From positions 75,225,252 through 75,289,251 of the forward strand of contig NC_068982.1 in NCBI RefSeq assembly GCF_001194135.2: a stretch of 64,000 nt of DNA, given 5' to 3'. The position numbers and the translations under genes are program-made. Shown here piece after piece: positions 26,719 through 40,552 of the stretch. This stretch comes from Octopus bimaculoides (taxonomy: Eukaryota). The notes beneath the pieces were generated by a model. The model searched no databases. It was given only the letters and a program-made list of their open reading frames with translations, and was not told the DNA's origin. Within the stretch, counting starts at the first letter, position 1, and each line of letters starts with the position of its first letter.

Positions 26719-27714
26719 TCCAGAGACAAGTTTAACACCACCTAGCAATTTAGTTGCCTTTAGTAGAGTCCACTCTTATACAAACGTTTAGGCCAGATCT
26801 CCAATTACAGGATGCCTCCTTCCCTTCTCCCTGTCTCAGAGTTTCTGTAAATGGTCATAGGTCCTGTCTCTTGACTAAAAGAAAAATGTTCTAAACTTGT
26901 TAAATGACTGATTTAAAAATGTTAGCACAATAATCCCAACAGATATAGTTTTCAGTTAATACTGGGGTGCTGTTTTTGAACAGTTCATGGTTAATATCTG
27001 CCACAACTGGTGCTATCTTCACTGAAGGCCCCATGGTAGTATTTGAGCAAAGGAGCAAATACTGACAAAGCACTCAGAAGATATCAGTGTCCTTGGTACC
27101 TACTGTGGTTAGCAGACCTTCCTTCTTTCAAGACCTAAGTGTTTAAAATTGTCTTTGGTCATATGTTACTAAATCACCCAGATATATTTGTTTATATTTA
27201 ACCTTTTTGTTTCCTATTTCTGCTGAAATACACTGCCTTTGTTTTAATTAGTTTTTTAGATAATGATGAATTTATTTAAAATTACTTTGTTATTATTAAA
27301 ATGATGTTTGGAACATCAACACAAAATTTTGATGGAAGGGTTAACTTAAATCACTTCAAAACAGGAAGTTTGTATCACAGAACCAGAGTCAGTCTCAAGT
27401 GGGTTGGAATCAAAATCATTTTGCTACTTCACTGACAACAAGTGATTTCATAAAGTAAACACATTGTATACTGTCCAATATTGTTACAGCATGAAGTGTT
27501 TTCTCAGAATATTTTGGCTATATTTTTTTAATTTTTATATTTCTTCTTTTACATTTTACTTGTTTCAGTCATAGGACTGTGACCATGTTGAAGCTCACCT
27601 TGAATGGTTTGAAACAAACTTACCACAGTTATTCCATTTTTTTGTTTGTTGAACAAAAGTTTAAGTTATGGGAACATAAACAAACCAACACCATTTCTCA
27701 AGTGATAAGGACAA

Positions 27715-27745
<31 letters not shown>

Positions 27746-28066
27746 ATGATGGGCTTTCCAGCAATCAAATTCACTCATAAGGCATTGGTCGGTTTTGGGG
27801 CTATAGCAGAAGATGCCCAAAGTGCCATACTGTGGGTTGCAAAATGAGCTTCTTAATCACACAGCCATGCCTGCATCTGTTATTTCTGAGGCATTAAAAA
27901 AAAAAAAAAGAACTACATAAGCTTTAGATTTAATAATAGTGACTCTGAATTTGAAGGATTTTTGAAGACAGATCTTTCTTTTTTTAATCTTTTTAAACTT
28001 TAGTGTAAATATAAAAGAAATTTTTAAAAATTTTTCTTTTTAAAATTTGAATTAAAGTTATTTTAC

Positions 28067-28180
28067 CTCTTCATCATTTTTCTTCCAATCTTCCCATTGT
28101 TTCTCATTAACATTCACAGAACTGGTCTTTTGATTCTTCTTAACCTTTGGATTTGCTTTACCAAAAGCAAGATTTTTCAG
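28067..28180 (-). CDS. GKAP1: GKAP1 homologue, coding exon 2
   Basis: Acceptor tatttttcag|, then LKNLAFGKANPKVKKNQKTSSVNVNEKQWEDWKKNDEE, donor |gtaaaa. Matches the GKAP1 LRNLAF and WQEWRQRDEQ motifs; 114 nt. Confidence 0.92.
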
Positions 28181-30229
28181 CTGAAAAATATTATGTAGAG
28201 AGTGAGAGAGAGCAGAGTCCATATTTCCAGATCCTTATTCATCTTATGTATATATAATTATCATTTTAGCCACATTTTCCCTTTTTTACTTGGGTTGCAC
28301 AGAGTTTATTATGGCAGATTTTCTACAGGTGGATGCCCATCCTGTCTCCAACCCTCACCTGTTTCCAAGCAAGGTAAGATACCTCCATGGCCAAACGTTT
28401 CTGCAGAATACTGGAAATGAATGACAGTGACAATCTACACTTATCACTCAATGCCAAGACAAGGAGATGCAAACAATCACACATAGATAACAGATTTCTT
28501 TCCCTTCCTGTTTGCCAAATCCTTTCAAAAAGCCTGGGCTGACCAAAGCTACAGAAGACACTTGCCCAAGATGCCTAACAGTGGGACTGAACTCAAAACC
28601 ATGTGGTTGAGAAGCAAACTTTTTAACTACACAGCCACAACTACACATATTGATAAATGTAAAGTAATTAATTTATTGGTGCAAATATGTCTACAACTAT
28701 GAATTGAAACTAAGTTGGCCATTTAACTAGCCAACATATGGTACTCTTTATAAAATCCATTCTTAGTTCTGGACTTCATCGGATTAAGTAAAGGATAAAT
28801 GTGTCTCATCTTGGGTAGAATCTAAACCATTTCCGGGCAATAGCTCCAAGAGATCAGGTACTTATTTCTAAGAGAGAGAAAAGTTATGGGACAAAAATTT
28901 AACATTGATACTTATTTTAATTACTTTAAACAGGGTTGAGCAGGGTCAGTACAGCAATACAAAATCATTTAACAAGTCCTATCTTTTTAACTCTGTCTCT
29001 TTCTTGCTTTACTTTTCCAACTAGGGTATCCATATATCTCCTCTATAGTGAAACACCTATCTCCATGCCTCCATTATACTTTTTAACCTCTTATCAACTG
29101 GCAGATCAATACTACTCCCCCTCCCACTCAAGGAGTCTTTGTCTGGCAAGTTACTTGGTGGCCTTGCTAGTGCTGGTGACACAGAAAGAAGCACCCAGTA
29201 CACTATAAAGTGGTTGACATTAAGAAGGGCATCCAGCTGTAGAAACCAATCCAAAGCAGACAATCAAGTTTGGCACAGAATCTCTGGCTTTCAATCTCAT
29301 CAAACTATACAATCCATGCCAGCTGGAAAACATTATAAATGATGATGCTTATTTATCATCTTATCTATGAGACTCACTTGTATGTCTGATCAACTAGCTT
29401 CCACAAATCATTTTAGGCCTACTCCTGCCAGATCATCTGTCAACACAGTATACAACATCAAAACTTAAGTCATCATCATCATTTACTGTTTTCTATGCTG
29501 GTGAGCCAGAGAACTGCACTAAGCTCTACTGTCTGCTTTGGCATGGTTTCTACGGCTAGATACCCTTTCTGATGACAACCACTTTACTGTGTGTAATGGA
29601 TGTTGTCCATTTAAGGAATTTGTACAACTGTCATTCAACCTGATCAGTTAACTCTTTGAGAACATAGATTTCATAAAGTTCATAAATTCAAAATCCTGTG
29701 ATTCCCTACTCACAATAAAAACATGATAGCTTCAACCCATGTCACCAATTAGGAGACTTTCATGCACTGTTGTAATGTTCATAAGATGATCATCAGGAAA
29801 GTGAAGAATACTTAAATACACTGTACAACCTGTAATCAATATTTCTTCTTAAATCTTCTGTTATCTTGCTAAAATGGATTTCTTTTTCCCAATCAATTTG
29901 GACAGGCACCACTCCTGCTGACGATATCTCTGAATTTGCTACACGCTTTACTTCTCTCAAATTTTCCCATATCACCACTATGAACAGTTGCAATAGAAGA
30001 AGTAACTTCTTCCATTACAACCTAAATGAGAGCTTACCCGACTTGCAAGAAATAGCAGCCAAGTCTTCCTCAAATCAGCTTAAAAGAAAAGGACATATCC
30101 ATCATCATCATCACATTAGATTAAATAATACATTCGTCGGTTCCCTGAATGGAAAGCTTTTATGTCTTCCTAATTAAAGCTAACCTGAGATTAACCAACA
30201 ACAATTATTCCAACCTAGCAATATGTCAA

Positions 30230-30800
30230 ATTCAAAACTGTCTTTGGCAGACAACTATAGCCAAAAATTCAGAATCTCAAAGGTGATAGAGAAACATTTA
30301 TAAGCAATCACCTTCAGTCTTTATCCTCCGTGGCCACCAGAATGGTTTCTACACAACTAGATTTACTAGAGATTTGCACTCCTTTGTCAAAACCAATAGG
30401 CATTTAAAAAATGTTGTTGTCCATGATTTCCAAAGACTTCAACTAGGTTTGACATCAAAAACTCAGATCAAATCTGGTCATAGCCAAACACCAAACACAG
30501 CCACATTGCAAACTAACAGGCTCAACCAATTTCTCATGTTTTTGGATCAATGATTCCTCATGAGATTACTTCTCTAGTAGGTCCTCTTTCCACAGTCCAT
30601 CAACAGTTACTTTTAACTACACACACACACTTTTCTATATGGATAATACAATCTTTCATTTCTTCTTAATCTTAAATGTCATCCATACACAACTTCATGC
30701 CAGATATGCACAGCTTCCATGAATAGAAATAAAAAAATTAAAAAATCCTCCTAAGGAAGTTGACAACCCATTTTCATTCAACAGTACTAAAACAATTGTC
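30230..30800 (+). mobile_element. Highly decayed L2/CR1-like RT fragment
   Basis: Broken reading SKVIEKHL...QNGF.TTRFTRDL...HDFQ, loosely resembling RT domains 2-3 (QSGFR..RST.D...DISKAFD); weak. Confidence 0.35.
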
Positions 30801-31899
30801 ACAAATGCCAAAGAAACAGCTTTATAACTACACCTTCCCTTCACATGAACAAAAAGGAAAAAAAATTCTACTCACTACAAATGTTCAACTTAATCTCTGA
30901 TAATCTCTCATGGTGACCTCATATATCTTGCTCCCTCTCTGCCTCCTCTACTCCTCCAAGGCCATCTGAATAAATTAGAATATTGAATACTCTCTACATT
31001 TACACTCGGCTCCACCTTATCTTCCCATTTCTAGTGTTTAGCTCTCATGGCTCCTTCTACCCCATTCCTTGGTCTACATGCCTTTTGTTACTAATTACTC
31101 AGATATTGGTGCCAAGAGAAAACACTCGGTACACTGTAAAGTGGTGATTAGAAGGGTATCCAGCCATAGAAACCAAATCAAATGACTCATACGTGCACCA
31201 GTCTTTAACCTTTCTGCATTCAGATTATTCTGTCAAATATAATGCTTATTTAGTCACAATGTTTTAAAGTAATCCTGCATTATATCATAGCTTTGAGATT
31301 TCAATGATATGATTATATAAATATAAAACAGGTAGAATATTTGAGTTCAATATGGCCGGTTTAAATGCTAAGAGGTTAGGAGTACAAGCTAAAAAAGTAC
31401 TTCAGTCCCAATCTGCTACAAATATGACCTCTTATTGGAGTACTGCTAACATATTTTAAACAGCCCCTCTGCGAGACAAAAATCCTAGATTCCATCCTGG
31501 ACACCTTTCTGCTGAGTGGAAAACATTTTCCTCATCAATACTGGCAATAGGAAGGGCATTCAATTGTGGAAACCACACCAAAGTTGATAGTGGGGTATGA
31601 TGTAGATTTTGGATAAGTCAGATTCAGTCAAATTGTCCAACTCATGCCAGCATGGAACAGGGATGATAAATGATGATGCTTAGATGTTTCTTCTTCACCA
31701 CTGCAATGGCCTCTAAACTAGCATTAACACCTCACCTCTACTCCAGGCCACTTGCCTTGTCCATCTCATAGCACCAATTGTATATCAACCTTTGCTCAAT
31801 CATCACCAATAGAACTGCAATTCACCTACCCATTCTTTCAATAAGCATTGTCCTGAAGACTTTCAAACGAAACATCAACGGAAATGATTTCACGAGTGT

Positions 31900-32240
31900 G
31901 GGAGAGCCTACAAAGATATTGGGTCCTGTCCCTCTTACTCATGATGTGCTAAACAATACACACAGCAATCATGATATTAGTAGAACCTGTATCACCAGGA
32001 TCTTCACCATGCTACTGAGCTTGCTCTTACAGACAATCAACAGAAACATGTTAACATGCCACAGACAAGGTTGGTATGTTTCCCAATGCAAAGAAGACTG
32101 AATGCATGACCATCATTAAAGATGAAAGCCATTTACCAATTTGTTCCAGTGATGGCAGACAGGGTGGTCAGTGACTTCAAGTAGCTTCGGTCTTATGTTG
32201 CTGACACTAAGAAAGACTTGTCATGCAAGGGACAAGTCTG
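31900..32240 (+). mobile_element. RTE-like LINE RT C-terminal fragment
   Basis: NAKKTECM and VSDFK*LRSYVADTKKD..KGQVW across frameshifts resemble N.KKTE.M and V.DFKYLGS. Confidence 0.5.
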
Positions 32241-34208
32241 GGGTACCTGAAACAAGCTTAAAACATCATTTAATATGTGTGTGCTTATTAAATGGCGCTA
32301 AATAAACGAATTCTACATTGAATGATGAAACAGGGATGTCCGAAATTATGGACACGAGCTAGGCAGTTTACATACAAGAAATTCGCTTTGCATCCAAGTA
32401 CATTCTAGGTACCAACGATTCTATTACCCCAAATTGACTAATATTAATAGAAACTGACGGAAATTATGAGAGTTATATATAAATGTGGGAGTCTGTCTTT
32501 TGTTGATGGATATTCATCGACAAAGAAATTCGAAGAGTTGGAGTGTCTTGAACGAAGTTCCATGCGATATTTTTTCTGCGGTGATTTATTCCTTTGCCAT
32601 CAGAACAGATAACACTATTGTTCACCGTATACGATATAATTTTTTAAATTAATATAATTGAGAGTGTAATAAGGAGAGATGAGACAACATGATTATATTG
32701 AAAAACAAGTGACAAAATTTGAATACCTTCAGAATGATCGACATAAAATGGAAAAGAAAATACAGAGTTCTGGAATAACTTATCACTACTTCATGGAGAA
32801 TGAAAAAGGTTCATTCAGAATGATGGGAAAGGGCAAAAATGCCTTTAAAATATCAAAATTTGGGGTAAGAAAACCTGCATCGTAATCCCTACTTTAAAAG
32901 AGTAGATACAATTTATTTTCAAAACATTCAAACCGGAATCTCTACGAGTAAATTAAATAATTTTTATGAACAAATACAATTGGTTAAACTGAATGTAATA
33001 GTAAAACTTCCAAAGGTTTTCGAAAACTTATGTTTTAAATTCAAAATGTATGAAACAACATCGTAAATTTTCCCAAAGATAGAATGAGATAAGAAACGAC
33101 CTGTTAAAACTTTTGTTTTCGTTTAGATAGAAAAGTAATAAATATCAGACCAAACAAGTTTATAGAATATTTGGGGAAAACAGGAGAAAAAAATTCCCAG
33201 AAAACTAAAGAATAAATCAGTTAGCCCTAACAATTTTGAAAAGTCATCCTACATTAAACATCTCCGATTCCCGTTCTTCCTACCCTATTCTAGTCTGTAA
33301 TAATTGATGGATTCACAGGACAAGATTATTTTTATTAATCTCGTTTTTTAAAGAGGAAAAAAAAAGCTGCAAAAGATTCCATGAAAGTAGGAAAATTTAA
33401 AACAAGAAAATATTTCCACCGTTTACTTGCATCGTGAATTCCAGACACTAAATGTATTCGGGGTATTTGCGTTAATTTTCTTCATAAAAGGGCGAGTTAA
33501 GATGAACAAGAGACAAACGAAGCAGTCTCTTGGAATGGGAAACGAGGTGACATACAGAAAGAAAGAGACTAGCCGCAGAATGGAAGGGAAAACGTGGTCA
33601 GTGTTGACCGCAAAGACGATGTCTGAATGAATGGCTTATTCCAACTGAAATGGGGATATGAAAATTGATCACATTAATGAGTAGCTGTATACGGAAAATG
33701 CAGAACGTGAAAGACAACATGAATTCAGAGAATGAACAAAAACACTATAAGCCAATCGAAGACGCCTTAAAGAATTTTTATACACACACACACATATATA
33801 TATATTATATATATTATACTATATATATATATATAATGGAGTGTTTAAAATATTTTACCGCTTTAATTTTAAATATTATTTTTCATTTAAAAACATAAAT
33901 AATCACTCTAAGATTTATTTAATTAAATCAGGTTTTCTTTCGATAAGCCACCGTTAATTTTAGGTTTATTTTTCAGTTAAAAACGTGACTTAACGGTTTA
34001 CGTTAATAGAAATATCACATTTTGTAAATAATCTTCCTGCACACTACAGAACTAAACTGAAAGTCGATATGCCTCTAAAGACGAATTGCATTGTTTGTGC
34101 GGTTTCTTAGTGTCTAAGATAACACTATATTTAGTTCCAAAAATTAGATTTGACATCAGACAAGACAGTGTTATGAACATTTCAAAACCAGATGTAGTTC
34201 CATGTTAC

Positions 34209-34385
34209 CTCAGCCGTTTGAGAATTTTGGTTGTTCTTCTTTTTCTTCAGTTTCTTTTTTTGTTGCTGCTGTTGCTGAGAGGATTTCTCGTTGGATTTCG
34301 TCGGTTTTTTCTCTTCATCACTGTCGTCATCGACTTTGAGTGCTGCAAACCTCGACTGGTAAACTTTAATGCTGGCAACTGCCAT
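34209..34385 (-). CDS. GKAP1: G kinase-anchoring protein 1 homologue, coding exon 1
   Basis: MAVASIKVYQSRFAALKVDDDSDEEKKPTKSNEKSSQQQQQQKKKLKKKKNNQNSQTAE resembles the GKAP1 N-terminus (SRFALLQVD..., Lys-rich, ...QSEA). ATG context AAAATGG; donor GAG|gtaaca; 177 nt, phase 0. Confidence 0.92.
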
Positions 34386-35759
34386 TTTGCTAACATGTGT
34401 TCACTAAAGATACTAAGGGAGATAACTTTAAGACCATTTTTGTTATTGTTATTGTTATTCTTGCTGAAGGATTTTACGGCTGTTCATTGGTTGTTATATT
34501 TACAAGCGTAAGTTTTAAAATTTTAATTTTTCAATTCTTGTAAGAAAAAATATAAAAGGCATATTTTAGAACAAATATTGAATAAAATGACATGATTCAA
34601 AATAATATTTGATAAGAAATATTTAAATTATATTTTCAAAGTGAAGCGGGAAGGAAAGTCAAAATACTTAGTCATACCGCAGTAAATATAGTGTAATATT
34701 CTATATCCGGTTTGACGATTTAATCGTACATCATTTTATGTTAGTTGTGATTTAGTATCATGGTCAACTTATTTAGACATCTTTCAAATAAAGTTCAAAC
34801 TAAAATATATACGTTATTTGTAAAATTATTCCCAGTGTCAAGTATTTTTCATTTGAATAAGTTTTGTTATTGGAGCTAAAAATTCGATGTTGTTTATAAA
34901 TCACCCCTTCTCCGCTTAAGTCTTTGCCTTTGCATTCATATCTAGAATGATTTGAATAAAAAGCGACTTCATACAGGGCTGGAAATTAATATTATCATCG
35001 ATCCCTAAAAGATGAAAGGCAGTTTTAGGGGATTTGATCTCTGAGCGTTAAGAGCCATAACTATACCGCAGTGCATGATGATCATTATCATTATCAACCC
35101 CCGCACATTACTGTCTCGAGTCATAGGGCCTGTTACCCGGTTTCCATGGCATATAAATGATTGAGAAGGCACTGCTCGGCCCTATAATTGAAACTACAAT
35201 CTTGCGATCGTCAGTGCAACCACTAACCACTAGGCCGCTACAACTACAAAAAATTTAGAATTTGTCATTTTCCAGGTGGAAAAATCTTTTTAACCTATTC
35301 CTACATTCTTGATATAAAACCGCATCTCAACAATTGGCTTTTCTCAGAACGATCAAAGGATAACCTACCTCCCTAACAATTATTTACACTTTACAAACAT
35401 CAAGTGAAACCCACAAAAGACTGTTGCTCTTGCATCTAAGACTGCTGCTGCCACACACAGAGCAAGCATCACATTCAGAAAAGGGCCATTCAAGTAATTA
35501 GCATAAAGTCACAAACATTCCTGTTTCCTCTCCCTGTCTTTCTTTTCTACTCCTCAGAGTTAGCTAGGTACATATCCTCACTCAGGATATTTTTGGCTCA
35601 CAAATCTCTCTTCCCTTTATCACTCACCTAGCATCCAAACCACAAGCTTTTCAATAATCACTACACCCAATTCTTTGTTCCTGTTACATTTGTAGCAGAT
35701 TTGTAACCGATTTGTAATAGGCACAGGCGTAGCTGTGTGGTAAGTAGCTTGCTTACCAA

Positions 35760-37737
35760 ATGTTTGTTGGCAGTTAGTTACTTACCATGAACAAGGAAAG
35801 ACGTGTAGCTGTTTCGCTGTCAAGGTAAGCAATTTTGTTTGTTTTGAACTGGGTAGAATTATTGTGTCTTATTTTTATTCTGCCCAGCTCTGGGGCATTT
35901 TCGCTTACTCTTGGCAGTGAATTTGTTGCTTGTTAAGCAAGCAAAAGTGTGTCCAGTCCGTTGTTGGGTTTTGAACCGCTGTAACAGTGGACTGGAGTTC
36001 TTTGTGAACTTTTGCAAATTGTTTTTCACTTCAAGAACTTCAAGTAGAGGCTTTTGAAGAAAAAAAAGACTGCTTGAAGTAAAGATTTTGTGAGAATTTG
36101 GACTTCTGTGAATACCTTTTTGAGGAGGGAGTTTGTTTCAGAAGCTCTGCGAAGTCAACAGCAGGAAGGCCATGCGGAGTACCACGTTCAAGCCTGGGCC
36201 AGAGTACCTGTGTGGTTGAAGTTTGTTTGCTGTGATCTGTTTTTTCTTCCTTTGAATTGTTTTTCACCGAACTGTGTTTTCCTTTTTCTTTTCTTTCTTT
36301 TTAAAAAAAAATCTTACACTTTTGTTTTTCATTTTTGAACTATCTTCAACATGGCAAATACAAGAGCCTCTGCTTTGGAGTGGGAGATTGTCCCACCCTA
36401 GCAGTGGCTGGAAGACCTGGAGAGAAGGACGGTGGTGTTACGGACCTATTCTAGGTTGCGTGATGCCATCACCCTCTTCAACAGGAACATCATTGATAAA
36501 GAGCTGGCAAATTGTCTGCCAGCAAAAAATTATTTTGTGTCAAGGGGAGTCAAATATGCAATGGTATGGTTGCTGTTTGACTCCCTTGAGGAAGGGGAAA
36601 AGATTTTGTTCCTTCCCACATATTGTGGGAAGAAAATAACGAGGGCTTGGGTCTGTGGGCTGCCGCCCGGAGTTCTGTCTGAATGGATCAAACAGACCAT
36701 TCGTAGAGGTCTGGGCAGTGTCAGGGTGGAGGCCGCGACTGATTGGGCAGGGTTAAAAGCAGTTCTGACCCTTTGGACCTAGTCAGTCAGTGACCTAGTA
36801 TTCCCGGATTTTCTGGTAATGGCCAGGGCCAGGTATCCGGTGATTCTTGNNNNNNNNNNCCTGTGCCTGGAACCAGGCCACATCAAAAAGAACTCCCCCC
36901 AGGGCCGAGGTAAGGACCTGGAGCAGAAGAAAAAAGAAAAGGTGCCCTCCTCCCCCATTGGAGGGGGAGACGGAAGAAGTTATGGAGGCGGTCGCCTCCT
37001 TGAAAAGAAAAAGAAAGGTGAGCAACCATTGTTGCTCACCAAAAGACACACGGGTTGCAGGAGAGGAAGAGGACCTCCCAGTTAAGCCGATAGAGGCCCT
37101 GATTCCTGCATCCCCAAAGAAGAAATGGGAGACGGCCGGCAGAGGTTGCTGTGCCACCGACAAATCCTGATGCCACGCTGGTGGGATGTGTGCCACCGGC
37201 GCAAGGGGCTCTGTCAGTGGGAATTGTGCCACTGACAGAGCAGGCTGAGGCCCCTCCCAGTGAGGAAGAGGTGGAATCCATCATTTTCTATCACAGGGGA
37301 GAGCTTGTTGAGTGATTCTTGGACAGTCTTCTCGACCGAGAACATTACAACTCGGTCTGCATGGACTTCCGCAGGTGGCTGCGGAGGTGATAACGCAAAA
37401 AGAGCTTTTCGAGGTCATGGTGACCTTTGGAAAGGAAGAATTTGTTTTCCTCTTTCTGGGCCCCGATCTGCCGATGCAGGCTTTACTGCAGGTGGCAGGG
37501 AACTTACTTGGAGTCTTGGATGAGGAAGATTAATGGATATTTTTTGTATTATGTAATTTTTGTGATATTTTTTTGATAAAAATGAATATAAGAACAGTGA
37601 TTTTGAGGGGTTATCGGTTGGCGGGCGCCAGTGCCCCTCTCATCCTCATTATAAATGTAATCATTTCACCTCATCCTTGTTGTGTCTAGCCTGCATGCTA
37701 CTCTGTGTTAGGCCCTTGTGGCCAATTTAATGAATAA
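35760..37737 (+). mobile_element. ORF1-only (gag-like, zinc knuckle) non-LTR retroelement inserted into a SINE head
   Basis: 18-bp TSD aagtagcttgcttaccaa (35742-35759) and aagtagcttgctgacaaa (37738-37755); AATAAA at the 3' end. Decayed ORF 36351-37533 includes LCLEPGHIKKNSP (CCHC knuckle remnant). No RT or EN seen. Confidence 0.75.
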
Positions 37738-40314
37738 AAGTAGCTTGCTGACAAACCACATGGTTCCAGGTTCAGTCCCACTGTATGGCATCTTGGGCAA
37801 GTGTCTTCTACTATAGCCTCGGGCCAACCAAAGCCTTGTGAGTGGATTTGGTAGACGGAAACTGAAAGAATCCTCTCGTATATATGTATATATATATGTG
37901 TGTGTGTCTGTGTTTGTCCCCCCAACATTGCTTGACAACCGATGCTGGTATGTTTACATCCCTGTAACTTAACAGTTTGGCAAAGAGACTGATTGAATAA
38001 GTACTAAGCTTACAAAGAATAAGTCCTGGGGTCAATTTGATTGACTAAAAGCAGTGCATCAGCATGGCTGCAGTCAATTGACTGAAACAAATAAAAGATA
38101 AAAGAATAAAAGAATCAACAAATTGCCAAGTTAAAATCATGGTTTAGTAACTGATTTTTCATATGATCAGCTGAGTTATGGACCAGTCAGAATCAAGACA
38201 TCACTTGATACGTCTTTCTAGAAGCTACTGGAACATCCCTTTACAGAGCTGATGAATAGGCACATTGTTAGCATCAGCTTGGCAGAGTATCGAAGACAAC
38301 CAAGCAGAATGCATCTCCAGTCTTGCCAGGCATACTGCACAGAGATTGATCAATTCATTTTCTCATATCTCACCTCTTGCTTCAGTTTTTGGGTGATTTG
38401 CTGCTTTTAACAGTTGTTCTAATGACTTCTCACTCAACCTAGTAGTCAGCAACTACAGATTTGCAGCCATTAACCCAGCGTGGTACATTTTCTCCTGTCA
38501 TGATAGCTTATTTACAGAGCCAACTTGACCAACTATTTTATAATTACAGAATTGTACTTTCCAGTGTGTAAACATTATTACATTTCTAGTTCATGAACAA
38601 CATGGAAAATATTTGTGCAGTTAATAAAATTCTGTTAATTGTTCATAAATGTTGTACATTCATTATATGCAGCTTGAACCCAACTTAACCACCAGCATCT
38701 CACATCTTTCATTCTATACCCATCATGATATCGGTAACCACACCTCAAGACACATTCTCTCTTCTGAAATTCCATCCCTGCTCGTATTTTCTCCACAAAT
38801 GTTGACTCATAATGGTTCAAGAGAAACATTTATGGATTGCAGCTAGACCCCAGCTGAAATTTGAACTATAGCTCTCAGATTTATCCAGGCTAGAACCACA
38901 AACTGGCATAATTTCAATCAAAGGAAAAGTGTCACCATAAAAGGTATTAACACTTGTACAAATATGGCTAAACCAGCCGGCACTGGCTGACGTATTTTGG
39001 CTGAGGTGCCAATCTTCAAGAGAAGTTTGGCCAGAGATTCTAGAAAGATGGTTAACATCCTTAAAAAGACTGATAACCAGAAAGTCACGAAGCTGCCTAA
39101 GGGAATCTGTGTTGCTTGTCTCATTGAGTGGTTCCCCCTCCCTCTCTTTCACTTTAAAGTAATATACTTATGCTGTAGTTGACAAAATCACTGGTGTGGT
39201 GAACTGGCAGAATTGTTACTGCATCAGACAAACTGTTTAATGGTATGTCTTCTTGCTCTTTATATTCTGAATTTAAATTCTGCTAAGGTTGACTTTGCCT
39301 TTTATTCTTTTGGGGTCAGTTTAATAAGTACCCATGGAACACTGGGGTCAATGTAATCAACTAACCCTCTCCCCTCAAAATTGCTGGCCTTGTACCAAAA
39401 TTAGAAAGAAATTATATGCAGTGACTAATTCCCTTGCACTACTATCATATTAACTAGCAAGATTTCTAACGGTTATGTTTATTGAACATTAATCCTTTCA
39501 TTTATTGAATGTACAGATGTAAATATACTAATGTAGGCTAAAGAAAATATTTGAAAACTCAAACTTTAGCAACATCATTATCTACTCTAGGCAACCTTCC
39601 TAAATTGTAAACAAGAAGAACGTATAGCTAACTACCACCCTCAAGGATCAACATCACCAGTGTAGGATGACCTGTGAAGGCCATGAACACTGCTGCTGCC
39701 TCCATACCCAGCCAGTCAAAATGAACATATAACTTTCCCCGTCACCACAAAACATATAGCCTCACATGTAGTGATCATCATGCTAATAGTACCTTTCATC
39801 AGGAATGGGACGACTGGCAATATGTGGTTTTTGAGAAGATCCACATAACTCAGCAAAACTGAGTTCAAGAAGAGCTGTGTGTGTGTGAGAGTATTTCTCC
39901 AAGTTGCCTTATCAAGACACCCCACTACCGTCTTTCATCTCTCTAACTGTAGATCTTCCTTGATACCACTAATTTTTCTTACTACCCAGAACCATTTCAA
40001 TTGTTACCATCCTTCATCCATTAAAAATCTGAATTGTTATCATTTGAATGTCTTATGCACAGAATGACACCACCATTGGTTACACCAAATGATGTTACCT
40101 CTAAGGGGACTGTCATTTTTCTCAACTTTCTCCTCTTCATCAATATCTTCCTGTCTATCACCACTAATCCTGCAGCCACATACAGGTGATTCATTCCTTT
40201 CACTATACAATATTTAACCCTTCTGTTACCATATTTCTATTGAAATGCATTGCTTTTGTTTCAAATAATTTAAAAAATAATGAAGTATTTATTAACATTT
40301 ATATACCCATGCAT

Positions 40315-40351
<37 letters not shown>

Positions 40352-40552
40352 GTAACAAACTGAGGAAGAGAAATCCTTCAAAAGGGTGTGTTAAACATCC
40401 AATTCACTGGTACTTCAGTCGGATACCATATAGATATTGGGATATTTCAATTATATAGATAAATTAAATATAGGGATAATCTATTGACAATCCAATAATT
40501 TATTTCTATTACAATATTAAATTAAATACTATGAATATAATATATAACATAA

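Noticed and set aside
31846-31881. CTGAAGA-ctttcaaac-GAAAC-ATC hammerhead-like string
   Set aside because: Stem II closing pair is C-C, stem III needs A>G and stem I is mismatched at the core; too many repairs to distinguish from chance.
32321-32358. TGATGA...TGTCCGAAA motif
   Set aside because: No C3 and no stem I. TGTCC pairs with downstream GGACA instead, which looks more like a Tc1/mariner TIR remnant.
34086-34511. 141-aa plus-strand hydrophobic ORF
   Set aside because: It is the antisense shadow of the Lys/Gln-rich GKAP1 exon 1.
38180-39180. Coding-like composition and a 111-aa minus ORF (38817-39152)
   Set aside because: No recognisable domain or splice pattern; probably an old TE fragment. 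Needs BLASTX to classify.
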